DNA of 64,000 bases, taken from NCBI GenBank assembly GCA_024695405.1, contig JAILIF010000108.1:2970-66969 (forward strand), in the 5' to 3' direction. Both the position numbers and the translations under genes were made by a program. The notes under the pieces were generated by a model. That model did no database searches. It had not been told where the DNA came from and saw only the letters and a list, made by a program, of their open reading frames with translations. The DNA comes from Bacilli bacterium. GTDB taxonomy: Bacteria; Bacillota_I; Bacilli_A; RFN20; CAG-826. This document shows, in pieces, positions 9,810 to 18,567 of the stretch (position 1 is the stretch's first letter; every line of letters starts with the position of its first letter).

Positions 9810-10244
9810 ATGAAGATTTCTACAAGAGGTAGATACGCTTTAAGGGTAATGATTGATTTGGTGGACCATTCTAATGGAGAATATGTTCCACTTAAAGAAA
9901 TAGCTGAACGTCAGAATATTTCTTTAAAGTATGTTGAATCAATCATGACTAATTTATCTAAGCATAACTTAGTTATAGGTAAGCATGGTGCACAGGGTGG
10001 CTATAAGTTAGCTAAGGATTCAAAAAGTTATACTGCTCTTGAGATACTTGAAATTACTGAAGGTAGCCTTGCTCCAGTCGGATGTCTTGACTGTAAGACT
10101 AACAAATGTGAAATGCACACATATTGTAAAACTCTTCCTATGTGGGAAGGTTTACAGAAGTTAGTTCAAGATTATTTTGCCTCAATCTCTCTCAAAGGTT
10201 TAAGTGAGACATCCGAAAGATATATATTTGGAGCAGGTATCTAA
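9810..10244 (+). CDS. Rrf2-family transcriptional regulator (CymR/IscR-like) with a C-terminal Cys cluster
   Basis: N-terminal MKISTRGRYALRVMIDL wHTH. The C-terminal CLDCKTNKCEMH resembles the IscR Cys3-His Fe-S ligand arrangement. It lies between cysK and cysE. Confidence 0.8.
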   Translation: MKISTRGRYALRVMIDLVDHSNGEYVPLKEIAERQNISLKYVESIMTNLSKHNLVIGKHGAQGGYKLAKDSKSYTALEILEITEGSLAPVGCLDCKTNKCEMHTYCKTLPMWEGLQKLVQDYFASISLKGLSETSERYIFGAGI

Positions 10245-10249
10245 GATAC

Positions 10250-10285
10250 GGTCCGGTCTATCCCCGGACCTTTTATTATTTTTAG
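10250..10285 (+). terminator. Rho-independent terminator
   Basis: Hairpin ggtccgg-tctatcc-ccggacc followed by a T-rich tract. Confidence 0.65.
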
Positions 10286-10352
10286 CGTAATTCTCGCAAA
10301 TTTAAAAAAATAATATTATATTTATTATTACCTGAATTCGGAGGATAGAATC

Positions 10353-11048
10353 ATGATAGATAAAAGTAAAATTATTAATTTAGTTACTGAAACTATCTGT
10401 TGTCTTTTATCTGATTGTAATAATATTAACGACATTAAAAAATCCTTCGTAGAAGTTATTGATGATAAAGAAGAAAACGCTGATAAATTCATTGGTGCTT
10501 TTGTAGATATCAAAAGAGATTTATTAGCGGATTTAGATTTCTTTATGGAAAGCGATCCTGCTATTGATAGTAGAGAAGAAGTTATACTTACTTATCCAGG
10601 TTTTAAAGCAATTTGCTTTTATCGTATAGCTCACGTTTTACGTAACATGGGTTACTTATTGGTTTCTAGAATTATTACCGAAGAAGCACATTCAAAGACT
10701 GGAATTGATATTCACCCAGGAAGTAAAATTGCTGCTCCATTCTTTATTGACCATGGAACTGGTATTGTTATTGGAGAAACCGCAATTGTTGGTTCTTATG
10801 TAAAACTATATCAATGTGTTACATTAGGTGCTTTATCATTATCAAAGGGTGCTAAGATGAAAAACATTAAACGTCACCCAACGATTGGCAATCACGTAAC
10901 GATATATGCTTGTGCATCTATCTTAGGTGATATTACTGTTGGAGACAATGTCACAATTGGCTCTAACGTATTCTTAATTGAATCTGTTCCACCTCGTATG
11001 AGGGTTACAATTGGTAAACCTGAATTGGTAATTAAATCAAAAGAATAG
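10353..11048 (+). CDS. cysE: Serine O-acetyltransferase
   Basis: SAT N-terminal domain plus left-handed beta-helix hexapeptide repeats (GETAIVGSYV, IGNHVTIY, VGDNVTIGSNV); 231 aa. Confidence 0.85.
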   Translation: MIDKSKIINLVTETICCLLSDCNNINDIKKSFVEVIDDKEENADKFIGAFVDIKRDLLADLDFFMESDPAIDSREEVILTYPGFKAICFYRIAHVLRNMGYLLVSRIITEEAHSKTGIDIHPGSKIAAPFFIDHGTGIVIGETAIVGSYVKLYQCVTLGALSLSKGAKMKNIKRHPTIGNHVTIYACASILGDITVGDNVTIGSNVFLIESVPPRMRVTIGKPELVIKSKE

Positions 11049-11063
11049 AAGAAAAGGAAGCTC

Positions 11064-12131
11064 TTAGTTGGCTTCCTTTTTAACTGTTCTTTTAGGTTTA
11101 GATTCCTTATTTTCTTTAGCAGGTTCTTTTGATGGTTCTTTCACTTCTTTTGGCTTTTTAGGAGCTTTAGGAGTTTTAGCATTTGCTGCTGCAAATAAGT
11201 TCATTTGTTCTACTTGCTTTTCTGTAGGCTTGCCAGCAGTTGTTTTCTTACTATAGTCTGATGAGAAAGTATAAGACTCTAATTTCTTTGCTTGTTCTAC
11301 ACTTCTGTTTTCTCTTTCTTCTCTCTTATTAATATCAGAGATATAAATAACGATAGATGATGTTAATAATGAAACAATAATAATTCCATAGAATCCAATG
11401 ATAACTGAAAGGATTCTACCTGTAGTGGTTGTAACAGTAAGATCGCCAAATCCAGTAGTGGTAATTAAAGCGAAACAATACCACCATGCGTCTCCTGCAT
11501 CTTTAATTGAATCCTCGACGTGAGGAAGAATGAATGAAGTAAGTAATAGGATGATAAATAAACCAAAGAAGATATCTAAACCATGAACTCTATTAAGTGC
11601 TTTGCCTAAATCTGTAATAGAGATAACTTTCTTAACAAACATATTAGAAACTAAGTTAGCTAAACCTTTATATAAAACTAAGCATCCTAATATAACGTTT
11701 GTAGCAATATCTGATTCTTGTCCGCTGAACATTAAGAAGATAAATAGGACACAGATAATGTTTTCCATTCCGAAGAATGATTCTGTTCTATTAGATTTTC
11801 TATAAATAATTGCTTTTGCGATATTTGCAAGAACATCCGCAACACAAGAAGCGCCTACAACATATGCCATCTTGCTAGGGTCTGCGTTGAAGATAATCAT
11901 TAAGATTATGATGATGCCGTGTAATGAACCGTGAATTATCGTGTAGAGTAAGGATGATTCATATGCGAAATACTTAATAACAACTAATCCGACTTTAATT
12001 AAGAAGAATACAATCATGACCCACATGATGTAGTCTTGTAAGATTTCAATTTTCAATGTGACGATGAAACCTACGATAACTAGAAGTGATGCTAATACAA
12101 TCTCTAAAATGCCATGTAAATTTTTATTCAT
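11064..12131 (-). CDS. Potassium channel protein (2TM/pore type) with a Lys/Pro-rich cytoplasmic tail
   Basis: Selectivity-filter signature TTTGFGD; several TM helices; about 90 C-terminal residues of KPK/PKxP-rich low-complexity sequence; Shine-Dalgarno AGGAGAA. Confidence 0.8.
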   Translation of the reverse strand: MNKNLHGILEIVLASLLVIVGFIVTLKIEILQDYIMWVMIVFFLIKVGLVVIKYFAYESSLLYTIIHGSLHGIIIILMIIFNADPSKMAYVVGASCVADVLANIAKAIIYRKSNRTESFFGMENIICVLFIFLMFSGQESDIATNVILGCLVLYKGLANLVSNMFVKKVISITDLGKALNRVHGLDIFFGLFIILLLTSFILPHVEDSIKDAGDAWWYCFALITTTGFGDLTVTTTTGRILSVIIGFYGIIIVSLLTSSIVIYISDINKREERENRSVEQAKKLESYTFSSDYSKKTTAGKPTEKQVEQMNLFAAANAKTPKAPKKPKEVKEPSKEPAKENKESKPKRTVKKEAN

Positions 12132-12247
12132 GATGATTCTCCTTGAAGTGGGAAAGTTTTTGAGAAATTGACTATTTTTGTCAACAACTCCCTTATTTTA
12201 ATTGATTTTTGTATAACAACAATTATTTTTTTATAAATTTTAGTGAA

Positions 12248-12283
12248 TTTTTCAAAAATCGACCCATTTAAATAAGTAAGGAG
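12248..12283 (+). promoter_or_regulatory. Repeat family copy A (TTTTTCAAAAA-TCGACCCATTTAAATAAGTAAGGAG): putative -10 plus Shine-Dalgarno module
   Basis: Near-identical to copy B at 12577-12613; related copies at 35604, 43806 and 63902. Confidence 0.45.
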
Positions 12284-12576
12284 TATTTAAAATTTTTTAA
12301 TATACTAACCTATTAAGATTTAAAAATGGTAAAAAAGAGAAGAAAGTCTTCCTACGCGAGAAGATATAGTAAACCTTTATTAAGAGGGAAATTTTATAAA
12401 GTAAGCGATAAAAATGGAGGGCATTATTCGAGGTTATATAAAAAGAATACAAAAGAAAAAAATGAGCTACACGCGCCTTTAACAGCCCAATGTGCTTACT
12501 CACAAAATTATTAAAACAAAATCGTTTGTTACATTCAAGAAAGTATATTTAATATTTTTTTAAAATTTTTGCACAA

Positions 12577-12613
12577 TTTTCAAAAAATCGACCCATTTAA
12601 ATAAGTAAGGGGG
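12577..12613 (+). promoter_or_regulatory. Repeat family copy B
   Basis: TTTTCAAAAAATCGACCCATTTAAATAAGTAAGGGGG; an ATG follows 11 nt later (41-codon ORF 12625-12750). Confidence 0.45.
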
Positions 12614-12890
12614 TTTGTAACCTTATGAACCTTGAGAAACTTCTCTCAGTCCCCGCAATCTCTTTACGAGAAAGGATGTTAAATTTTAGTGGTAGTAATA
12701 CTGTTAAAGTTTGTACTCATCGTAGTTTTGTTGTTAATGATACTGGGTAACTGGTAACTAAAAAAGCCTGGGAGGCATGTCTCCTAGGCCCTAAAGACAA
12801 CTTTATTATACATGCGTGTTTGGCGGAAGGAAAGCACAACCTTCAAGTTGAAGGGGACTGCCTTCGTATTGATAAATAGTGAGGAAAATT

Positions 12891-13358
12891 ATGAAATCAT
12901 ATCAGCAACTTTATAGATACGCTAAACAGCTAGCGTTGAAGTGGAAACATACTGCTTCGAAAATTAAAGAAAAATTATTATTAAAAGGAGCATCTTCTAT
13001 TGAGATAGACAAAATAATTTTTTCTTTAATTAATGATAAAGTCCTAGACGATAACAAATGTTTCGAGCTAGATGTATTTGCTATGGAAGAAAAAAGATAT
13101 GGGTATAAAAGAATAAAAGAATATCTATGTAAGAAGGGATATGGTAGAGAACTCTTAGATAAGTATATTTTTAATAAAGATATAGAAAAAGATAATTGTT
13201 ATTATCACTTTTTTAAAGGAAGCAAAAAATATAAAAACTACAAATATAGTGATGTAGAAAGAGAAAAATTAATTAATTATCTAAAAAGAAATGGGTTTAA
13301 TGATACAATAATAACCGAAGTTATTAAAGTAGGTATTAAATATGAAGATGTTATGTGA
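12891..13358 (+). CDS. recX: Regulatory protein RecX
   Basis: RecX-type helical repeats; ATG at 12891 with GAGGA 7 nt upstream (track start 12879 is a GTG); 155 aa. Confidence 0.65.
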   Translation: MKSYQQLYRYAKQLALKWKHTASKIKEKLLLKGASSIEIDKIIFSLINDKVLDDNKCFELDVFAMEEKRYGYKRIKEYLCKKGYGRELLDKYIFNKDIEKDNCYYHFFKGSKKYKNYKYSDVEREKLINYLKRNGFNDTIITEVIKVGIKYEDVM

Positions 13359-14268
13359 ATACAAAGATGGTGAACACATCACTGGCCAGTTTCTCGTTTC
13401 TAATGTTTCTAAAGGAACAAACGCAAATGGTGGACAATATCTTAATGTAGAACTTAGAGATGCTTCTGCTAGTATGAACGCTAAAAAGTGGGAAGTGGCT
13501 AGTAAAGATGAAGAAATAGTTGTCTCTGGTAATGTAATTTATATTGATGGTGAAGTTTTAAAATATAAAGAATCTCTTCAAATTAAATTATTAAACGTAA
13601 GAGCGGTTGATTTAGATGAAATTGATCCTACTAAATTTTTAAAACAACCCCCAATACCAAAAGAAGAACTCATAAAGAAATTTAATAAATATGTAGATGA
13701 AGTAGAAAACGAAGACTGTAAAAAGATATTGAATTATTTTATTAATAAATATAATAATCAAATTTACGATTATCCGGCCGCTAGCAGCATTCATCATGAA
13801 TATATGAGCGGATTACTCGTTCACTGCACTACAATGGCTGAAATCGCCGAAAAACTATGTGAAATCTATCCTGTTAATAAAGACTTGGTTATAACTTCGG
13901 TATTATTACACGATATTGGCAAGATTACTGAATTAGAAGGACCGATAGTGTATAAATATTCACTTAAAGGAAAACTTATTGGCCATATTTCAATTATGGC
14001 AGCAGAAATTGATGAAGCCGCCAAAGAATTAGGACTTACTAGTGAAACTCCATTATTGTTGCAACATGCAATTTTATCTCATCATGGACAACTAGAATAT
14101 GGTTCTCCAGTTCTACCTGAAACTGCAGAAGCTCTTATGCTTTCTTTAGTAGATAACTTAGATTCTAAAATGGTTATTACATTAAAAGCATTAGAAGAGA
14201 CTAAAGATGGGGAATTCACAAATAAAGTGTATCCTCTAGATGGAAGAACATTTTATAAGCACAAATAA
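13342..14268 (+). CDS. yhaM: 3'-5' exoribonuclease YhaM (OB-fold plus HD domain)
   Basis: N-terminal OB-fold, then an HD domain (HHEYMSGLLVHC...LLHDIGK); 308 aa. Confidence 0.85.
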   Translation: MKMLCEYKDGEHITGQFLVSNVSKGTNANGGQYLNVELRDASASMNAKKWEVASKDEEIVVSGNVIYIDGEVLKYKESLQIKLLNVRAVDLDEIDPTKFLKQPPIPKEELIKKFNKYVDEVENEDCKKILNYFINKYNNQIYDYPAASSIHHEYMSGLLVHCTTMAEIAEKLCEIYPVNKDLVITSVLLHDIGKITELEGPIVYKYSLKGKLIGHISIMAAEIDEAAKELGLTSETPLLLQHAILSHHGQLEYGSPVLPETAEALMLSLVDNLDSKMVITLKALEETKDGEFTNKVYPLDGRTFYKHK

Positions 14269-14271
14269 GAA

Positions 14272-14304
14272 AAAACGACTTTCAAATTAGAAAGTCGTTT
14301 TTCA
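14272..14304. terminator. Bidirectional rho-independent terminator (yhaM / hit)
   Basis: Hairpin aacgactttc-aaatta-gaaagtcgtt flanked by A-run and T-run. Confidence 0.65.
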
Positions 14305-14715
14305 TTAAAGATTGATTTTGATTTGTTCTGCGAGTGCAGGTAAGTTAAGACCACTTGAGTTATCTTTCATTTCTACCATGAATCCTTCTTCTTCTTTATA
14401 TCTAGGAATTACATGGACATGGAAGTGCTTTACTGTTTGACCCGCAGCTTCATAGCAATTAGTAAGAATATTAACTCCTCTAGCTCCGAAAATCTTAATT
14501 GAGACTTGTCCAATTCTTTGAGCAACTGCCATAACTTTGTTCATTAAGTTTTTTGGACATGTTAAGAAGTTATCGTAGTGTTTCTTAGGAATTACAAGTG
14601 TGTGTCCTTTTGTGACCTGAGAAATGTCTAAAAATGCTAAAACATCATCGTCTTCATAGAGTTTGTAACAAGGAATTTCTCCGTCAACAATTCTACAAAA
14701 AATATCTTTTTCCAT
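14305..14715 (-). CDS. HIT-family (histidine triad) protein
   Basis: HFHVHVIPR histidine-triad motif; the likely start is MEKDIFCRIV with an AGAGG Shine-Dalgarno sequence (the track ORF extends to 14742). Confidence 0.85.
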   Translation of the reverse strand: MEKDIFCRIVDGEIPCYKLYEDDDVLAFLDISQVTKGHTLVIPKKHYDNFLTCPKNLMNKVMAVAQRIGQVSIKIFGARGVNILTNCYEAAGQTVKHFHVHVIPRYKEEEGFMVEMKDNSSGLNLPALAEQIKINL

Positions 14716-14740
14716 AATATTGCCTCTAGTTATATTATAC

Positions 14741-14769
14741 ACAATAAAAGGAAGTCCAGTACGGACTTC
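14741..14769 (-). terminator. Rho-independent terminator of the lipoprotein operon
   Basis: On the minus strand: ggaagtcc-gtact-ggacttcc followed by TTTTATTG. Confidence 0.6.
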
Positions 14770-14795
14770 CTTATTTGATATTGACTTATTTCAAA

Positions 14796-16523
14796 TTAAT
14801 CATCTTCGAACAAATCTGGGAAATTACTCTTGAAGTAATCATAGACAGATTGATCGTGGAATGAAATGTCACATTTTTCTAACCAATGCTCTTTAGAAAG
14901 AGTGATATTTGTGTCGCTAGTTGAGAGTAAAGATGCGACATCAATTCTTAAAGCATAGTTATTCTTTGCTTCATTACTATTCATGTAGTTAGCAGAAACT
15001 GCTTCTTCGATGTTAATGATGTAGTAAGTGTGAGCGCTTGTATCGTGGAAGATAACTGTTTCGTAATCTTCTTGGTTAGCTTTTAAGTTACTGTTTCTTA
15101 AGAAATAGTTATTGCCGTTTTTAGCAATGTATTTATTTCCATCGGCAACAGCGACCTTACCAGCAGTGTCTCTAGTGATTTCTGCAGCAGTACCGCCGTT
15201 TTTACCAGTAGCAACAGAGAGGTTAAATAAACGGCTTCTAATTGAATCTGGTAATGAAGAAACTTCGCTGCTTGATTTGATAAACCAACCATCTGTAACG
15301 TGGTCTTCTAAAGCAACTTTTTCTGATTCAAGTTGGAAACCAATGTCAGCAATATATTTATTGCCACCAGTGTAATCTCTTGAAGCATTTGATTTTGCTG
15401 GGTTTGGATCAAGTTTAGCATAGTCTTCAACTAAGTCACCGTAAGTTGAACCTTTAACGTAGTCGTAAGCAGTACCATCGATAGTTTTTGTTTCGATAAC
15501 GCCTTCATTGACTAAGTTAATATTCATATCTGCTAACATTTTGTTTTCAGGACTATTTGGATCGTTGTCTTTCATGAATTCACCATTCCAAATAGAAGAT
15601 AATGTGTTGAAAGATGTGAATGTATCAGTATTCTTATCTGTGAATAAGTAATCTTTAACGAAAGTTTTTACTAATGTATCAGCATATAATGATTCATCTA
15701 AATCATCATATTTAATAGAAACATAGTTAACTTTACGTGCAGATGAAGTACCTAATGTCTTTTCTTGGTTATCAAAGATGTATTGTTGTACTAAAGCATC
15801 TCTATAGATGTCTGGCATAATAACATCATCAATGTATGTACCATAGAAATTTTCGTGTAAAATACCATCTTTGAAAACATTTTCACCTTTAACATTTGGT
15901 GTGACGATTAAATCTTTAGTTAATGTTGCTTTATCAGCATCGTTCATTGTGTATGGGTTAGCAACTTTGTTTTTTCCTTCGCCATCGAATAAGCTAACTA
16001 ATAATTTGTATTCGTCAAATTTGTTATTTTCTGTAGCACTGCTTAATTTTGAGAACATCTTTTTAGCAGCAGCATCTTTCATAGCGTTGTATCTTGCTGT
16101 GATTAATGCTTTTTGAGCAGCAGCGTCACCAACATCATATGCTGGGTGTTCTTTAACGAAGTCAGCTAATTTAGCGTCATCAGCAACAACATCAGCTAAA
16201 GTGATGATTTTAGTTGCATCAATTGCTTCACCACCTTTAGTAACTTTCTTTGCGTATGTGCCTGCGATTGTAGCGTCATATGCGCCAACTACATTTATAG
16301 CGTATGTGTATAAGACGTTGTCTAATGCTTGTGCAGCGAGGTTACCATGGTAATCGTCGTTTAATGATTTATAGTTGTTATCAAAAACATCTTTAGTGAA
16401 TGCTAATAAAGTAGCACCATCTTTATTTTTAGAAGGTCTTGCTTCAATATCATCACAAGCAGCTAATCCACATGCAAGTAAGCAAGAGACTGCTAAAAAT
16501 TTACCTAATTTCTTATTTGCCAT
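14796..16523 (-). CDS. Surface lipoprotein, function unknown
   Basis: Signal peptide plus lipobox LAAC; 575 aa; rich in D/K/N/T/A; second gene of a two-gene operon. Confidence 0.7.
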   Translation of the reverse strand: MANKKLGKFLAVSCLLACGLAACDDIEARPSKNKDGATLLAFTKDVFDNNYKSLNDDYHGNLAAQALDNVLYTYAINVVGAYDATIAGTYAKKVTKGGEAIDATKIITLADVVADDAKLADFVKEHPAYDVGDAAAQKALITARYNAMKDAAAKKMFSKLSSATENNKFDEYKLLVSLFDGEGKNKVANPYTMNDADKATLTKDLIVTPNVKGENVFKDGILHENFYGTYIDDVIMPDIYRDALVQQYIFDNQEKTLGTSSARKVNYVSIKYDDLDESLYADTLVKTFVKDYLFTDKNTDTFTSFNTLSSIWNGEFMKDNDPNSPENKMLADMNINLVNEGVIETKTIDGTAYDYVKGSTYGDLVEDYAKLDPNPAKSNASRDYTGGNKYIADIGFQLESEKVALEDHVTDGWFIKSSSEVSSLPDSIRSRLFNLSVATGKNGGTAAEITRDTAGKVAVADGNKYIAKNGNNYFLRNSNLKANQEDYETVIFHDTSAHTYYIINIEEAVSANYMNSNEAKNNYALRIDVASLLSTSDTNITLSKEHWLEKCDISFHDQSVYDYFKSNFPDLFEDD

Positions 16524-18387
16524 AGTAGTAGTCTCCTCCTTCTGAGAATTTTGTTAAGTATTGAGCCTTAACATTTGGATTAGATTCTCTGCACATTGCG
16601 AGGTAATCGTAAGCAGTATTTTCATCAACTAAAGCTGTACGATGGTATTCAACGTAAACTTGTTTTTTGTTTGTTCCATCTACAGTATCGTAGTAGTAAC
16701 CTTCATCCCAAACAGTTGCACGTTTTTCGTTTTGTAATGTTAAGAGTCTTAAATAGTTTTCCCAAACTGATTTTAAACCATCTTCTTGTTTGTAAGTTTC
16801 ACTTGCTTTTAAATCAGCGATGTGACTATCAATTTTGTTTAAGATCTTATTTGTGCTTTCATCGTCTTTCTTAATGATGTCGTGATCTTTTGCATATGTG
16901 ACTAGGTAATTATAAAGTCTGTATTCTGAATTAGAATCGTAACTCTTAATAGCAGATTTAATATCAGATAATCTTGAATCAAAAGTATCTTTAGCGTTAT
17001 CTAAACCAACAATGTAGTTTGAACCAACTGCTTGTTTAGTAACATCTGTGTCACCAACCTTTAATGCGATTGGGTAGTAAGTTTGTAATCCATCTTCGTA
17101 TGCAGATTTTTGGATCTTGATGAAGTGGATACCATATTCACTACGAACACCGAAGATAATTTTGCCATCTTCAGCACAGAGACGACCATTATTGAACCCT
17201 GATGCTTTGCCTTGTTCAAATTTAGCGGGAGCATTAGCATCGACTGTGTCAGTGACTAAATTGTTAACTGTAGTTGTGTCTGCTTTCTTATTAACAATCA
17301 CAAAGACGTTGTGGTTGTTTAAGTATTTATTCCAAAGAACGTTTCTTGGATAGACACAAGCGTTCACATCTTTAATCTTTTGATCTTCTTCGTCCTCAGG
17401 GTATTTTGCGATATCGCCTAATTGTTCAAAGATTTCGTAAGGTACTGAATTAACGTTAATTGAGTCTCCAACTTTGACTTTTGTGTTGCTTCCGTCAACA
17501 TTTACTTCAGCGTCAAGACCAATACCATCAGTCTTTGTAGCGTCTTTGTTGTAGTTTTCAACATAGTCAGCAGTGTAGATACCTAATTGGAATTCACTGA
17601 CCATTTTTAATGATTTAGTAGTAGCGTTGTTATTAACGATACCGACATCACCTAGTTTATCTGATGAGTCATCGTTTAATAAGTTATTAGCTGCTAAGTC
17701 ATCGAATTTTGAACCATTAGCTAATAAAGTAACAACTTTAGATAACTTTTCGCCTTCTTCTTTGGTGATAGTAGCTCTTGTGAAATTATCAGCGCCGCCT
17801 TCAATCTTAACGAGCATGTGCTTAATGTGGTAAGGTTTTGCACTCTTAATCCAACCCTTTTCATCAGCACCGTTACCATCTCTTAAGATTTCTAATTGCT
17901 TATCATTATCCATGATAGCTGAATCTAATTGTTCTTTTTCTAGGTCTAATAAGAAACGTTGGTATAAACCATCTTCATCCTCACAGTTGTGGGATTCATA
18001 GATTGCATCCATTTCATCTGAATAAGAAGTATCGTTGTTCTTTGCATTCTTACGTGCAGTTTCTTTTTGCTCTTCGACTTTGTTCTTTGCTTGAGCTTCC
18101 AATGTCTTAAAAGGTGTTTTGACCTTTAAGCCATTAGCATCGCCAGTAACAGCTTCGAATGTAGCACGAACTAAAAGATCACGAACTTTCTCATAATACT
18201 TAGTTAAACCAGCAGATGTTTCCAAATCATCGGAATACATGTTGTCTGTTGATAAACTAATTGTAGAATCGCCAAACTTGTAATCGACAACGTTTTTATC
18301 GTCAGATGTAACACTGTTACAAGCTGTTAATGCCATTCCACAGATGAAGGAAGTTACTAAACCCATTTTGAGTTTGCTTTTCTTCAT
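16513..18387 (-). CDS. Surface lipoprotein, function unknown (weak PrsA/parvulin-like motif)
   Basis: Signal peptide plus lipobox LTAC; 624 aa; Shine-Dalgarno AAAGGAGAG; overlaps the downstream lipoprotein gene by 11 nt. Confidence 0.7.
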   Translation of the reverse strand: MKKSKLKMGLVTSFICGMALTACNSVTSDDKNVVDYKFGDSTISLSTDNMYSDDLETSAGLTKYYEKVRDLLVRATFEAVTGDANGLKVKTPFKTLEAQAKNKVEEQKETARKNAKNNDTSYSDEMDAIYESHNCEDEDGLYQRFLLDLEKEQLDSAIMDNDKQLEILRDGNGADEKGWIKSAKPYHIKHMLVKIEGGADNFTRATITKEEGEKLSKVVTLLANGSKFDDLAANNLLNDDSSDKLGDVGIVNNNATTKSLKMVSEFQLGIYTADYVENYNKDATKTDGIGLDAEVNVDGSNTKVKVGDSINVNSVPYEIFEQLGDIAKYPEDEEDQKIKDVNACVYPRNVLWNKYLNNHNVFVIVNKKADTTTVNNLVTDTVDANAPAKFEQGKASGFNNGRLCAEDGKIIFGVRSEYGIHFIKIQKSAYEDGLQTYYPIALKVGDTDVTKQAVGSNYIVGLDNAKDTFDSRLSDIKSAIKSYDSNSEYRLYNYLVTYAKDHDIIKKDDESTNKILNKIDSHIADLKASETYKQEDGLKSVWENYLRLLTLQNEKRATVWDEGYYYDTVDGTNKKQVYVEYHRTALVDENTAYDYLAMCRESNPNVKAQYLTKFSEGGDYYYGK

Positions 18388-18567
18388 GTTATTTACTCTC
18401 CTTTTGAAATAATAGCGGGAATATTATAAATATTCTCTAAAATTAATGTCAACACAAATTATCATATTTTACTAAGTAATAAGAAAAAATCGAAAAAAAT
18501 TATCGTATTAATTGCTATGTATTTTGCTCTTTTGTATTATATTTTGCGGATTTCGAGGTAAAACGCT

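Noticed and set aside
10245-10352. T-box leader in front of cysE, as in Bacillus.
   Set aside because: The intergenic region is only about 100 nt and is occupied by the cymR terminator. There is no room for a T-box.
12760-12870. Possible SRP (4.5S/scRNA) domain IV, because of GGCGGAAGGAAAGCACAACC.
   Set aside because: The conserved CAGG...GGAA...AGCAG symmetric-loop signature is not matched (the 5' side lacks CAGG, and it reads GCAC rather than GCAGC). It is kept only as an unclassified structured segment.
16513-18387. Assigning the 624-aa lipoprotein as PrsA foldase.
   Set aside because: Only a single weak HxxxhLV-like motif is present, and the parvulin domain is not otherwise recognisable. 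It is left as unknown.
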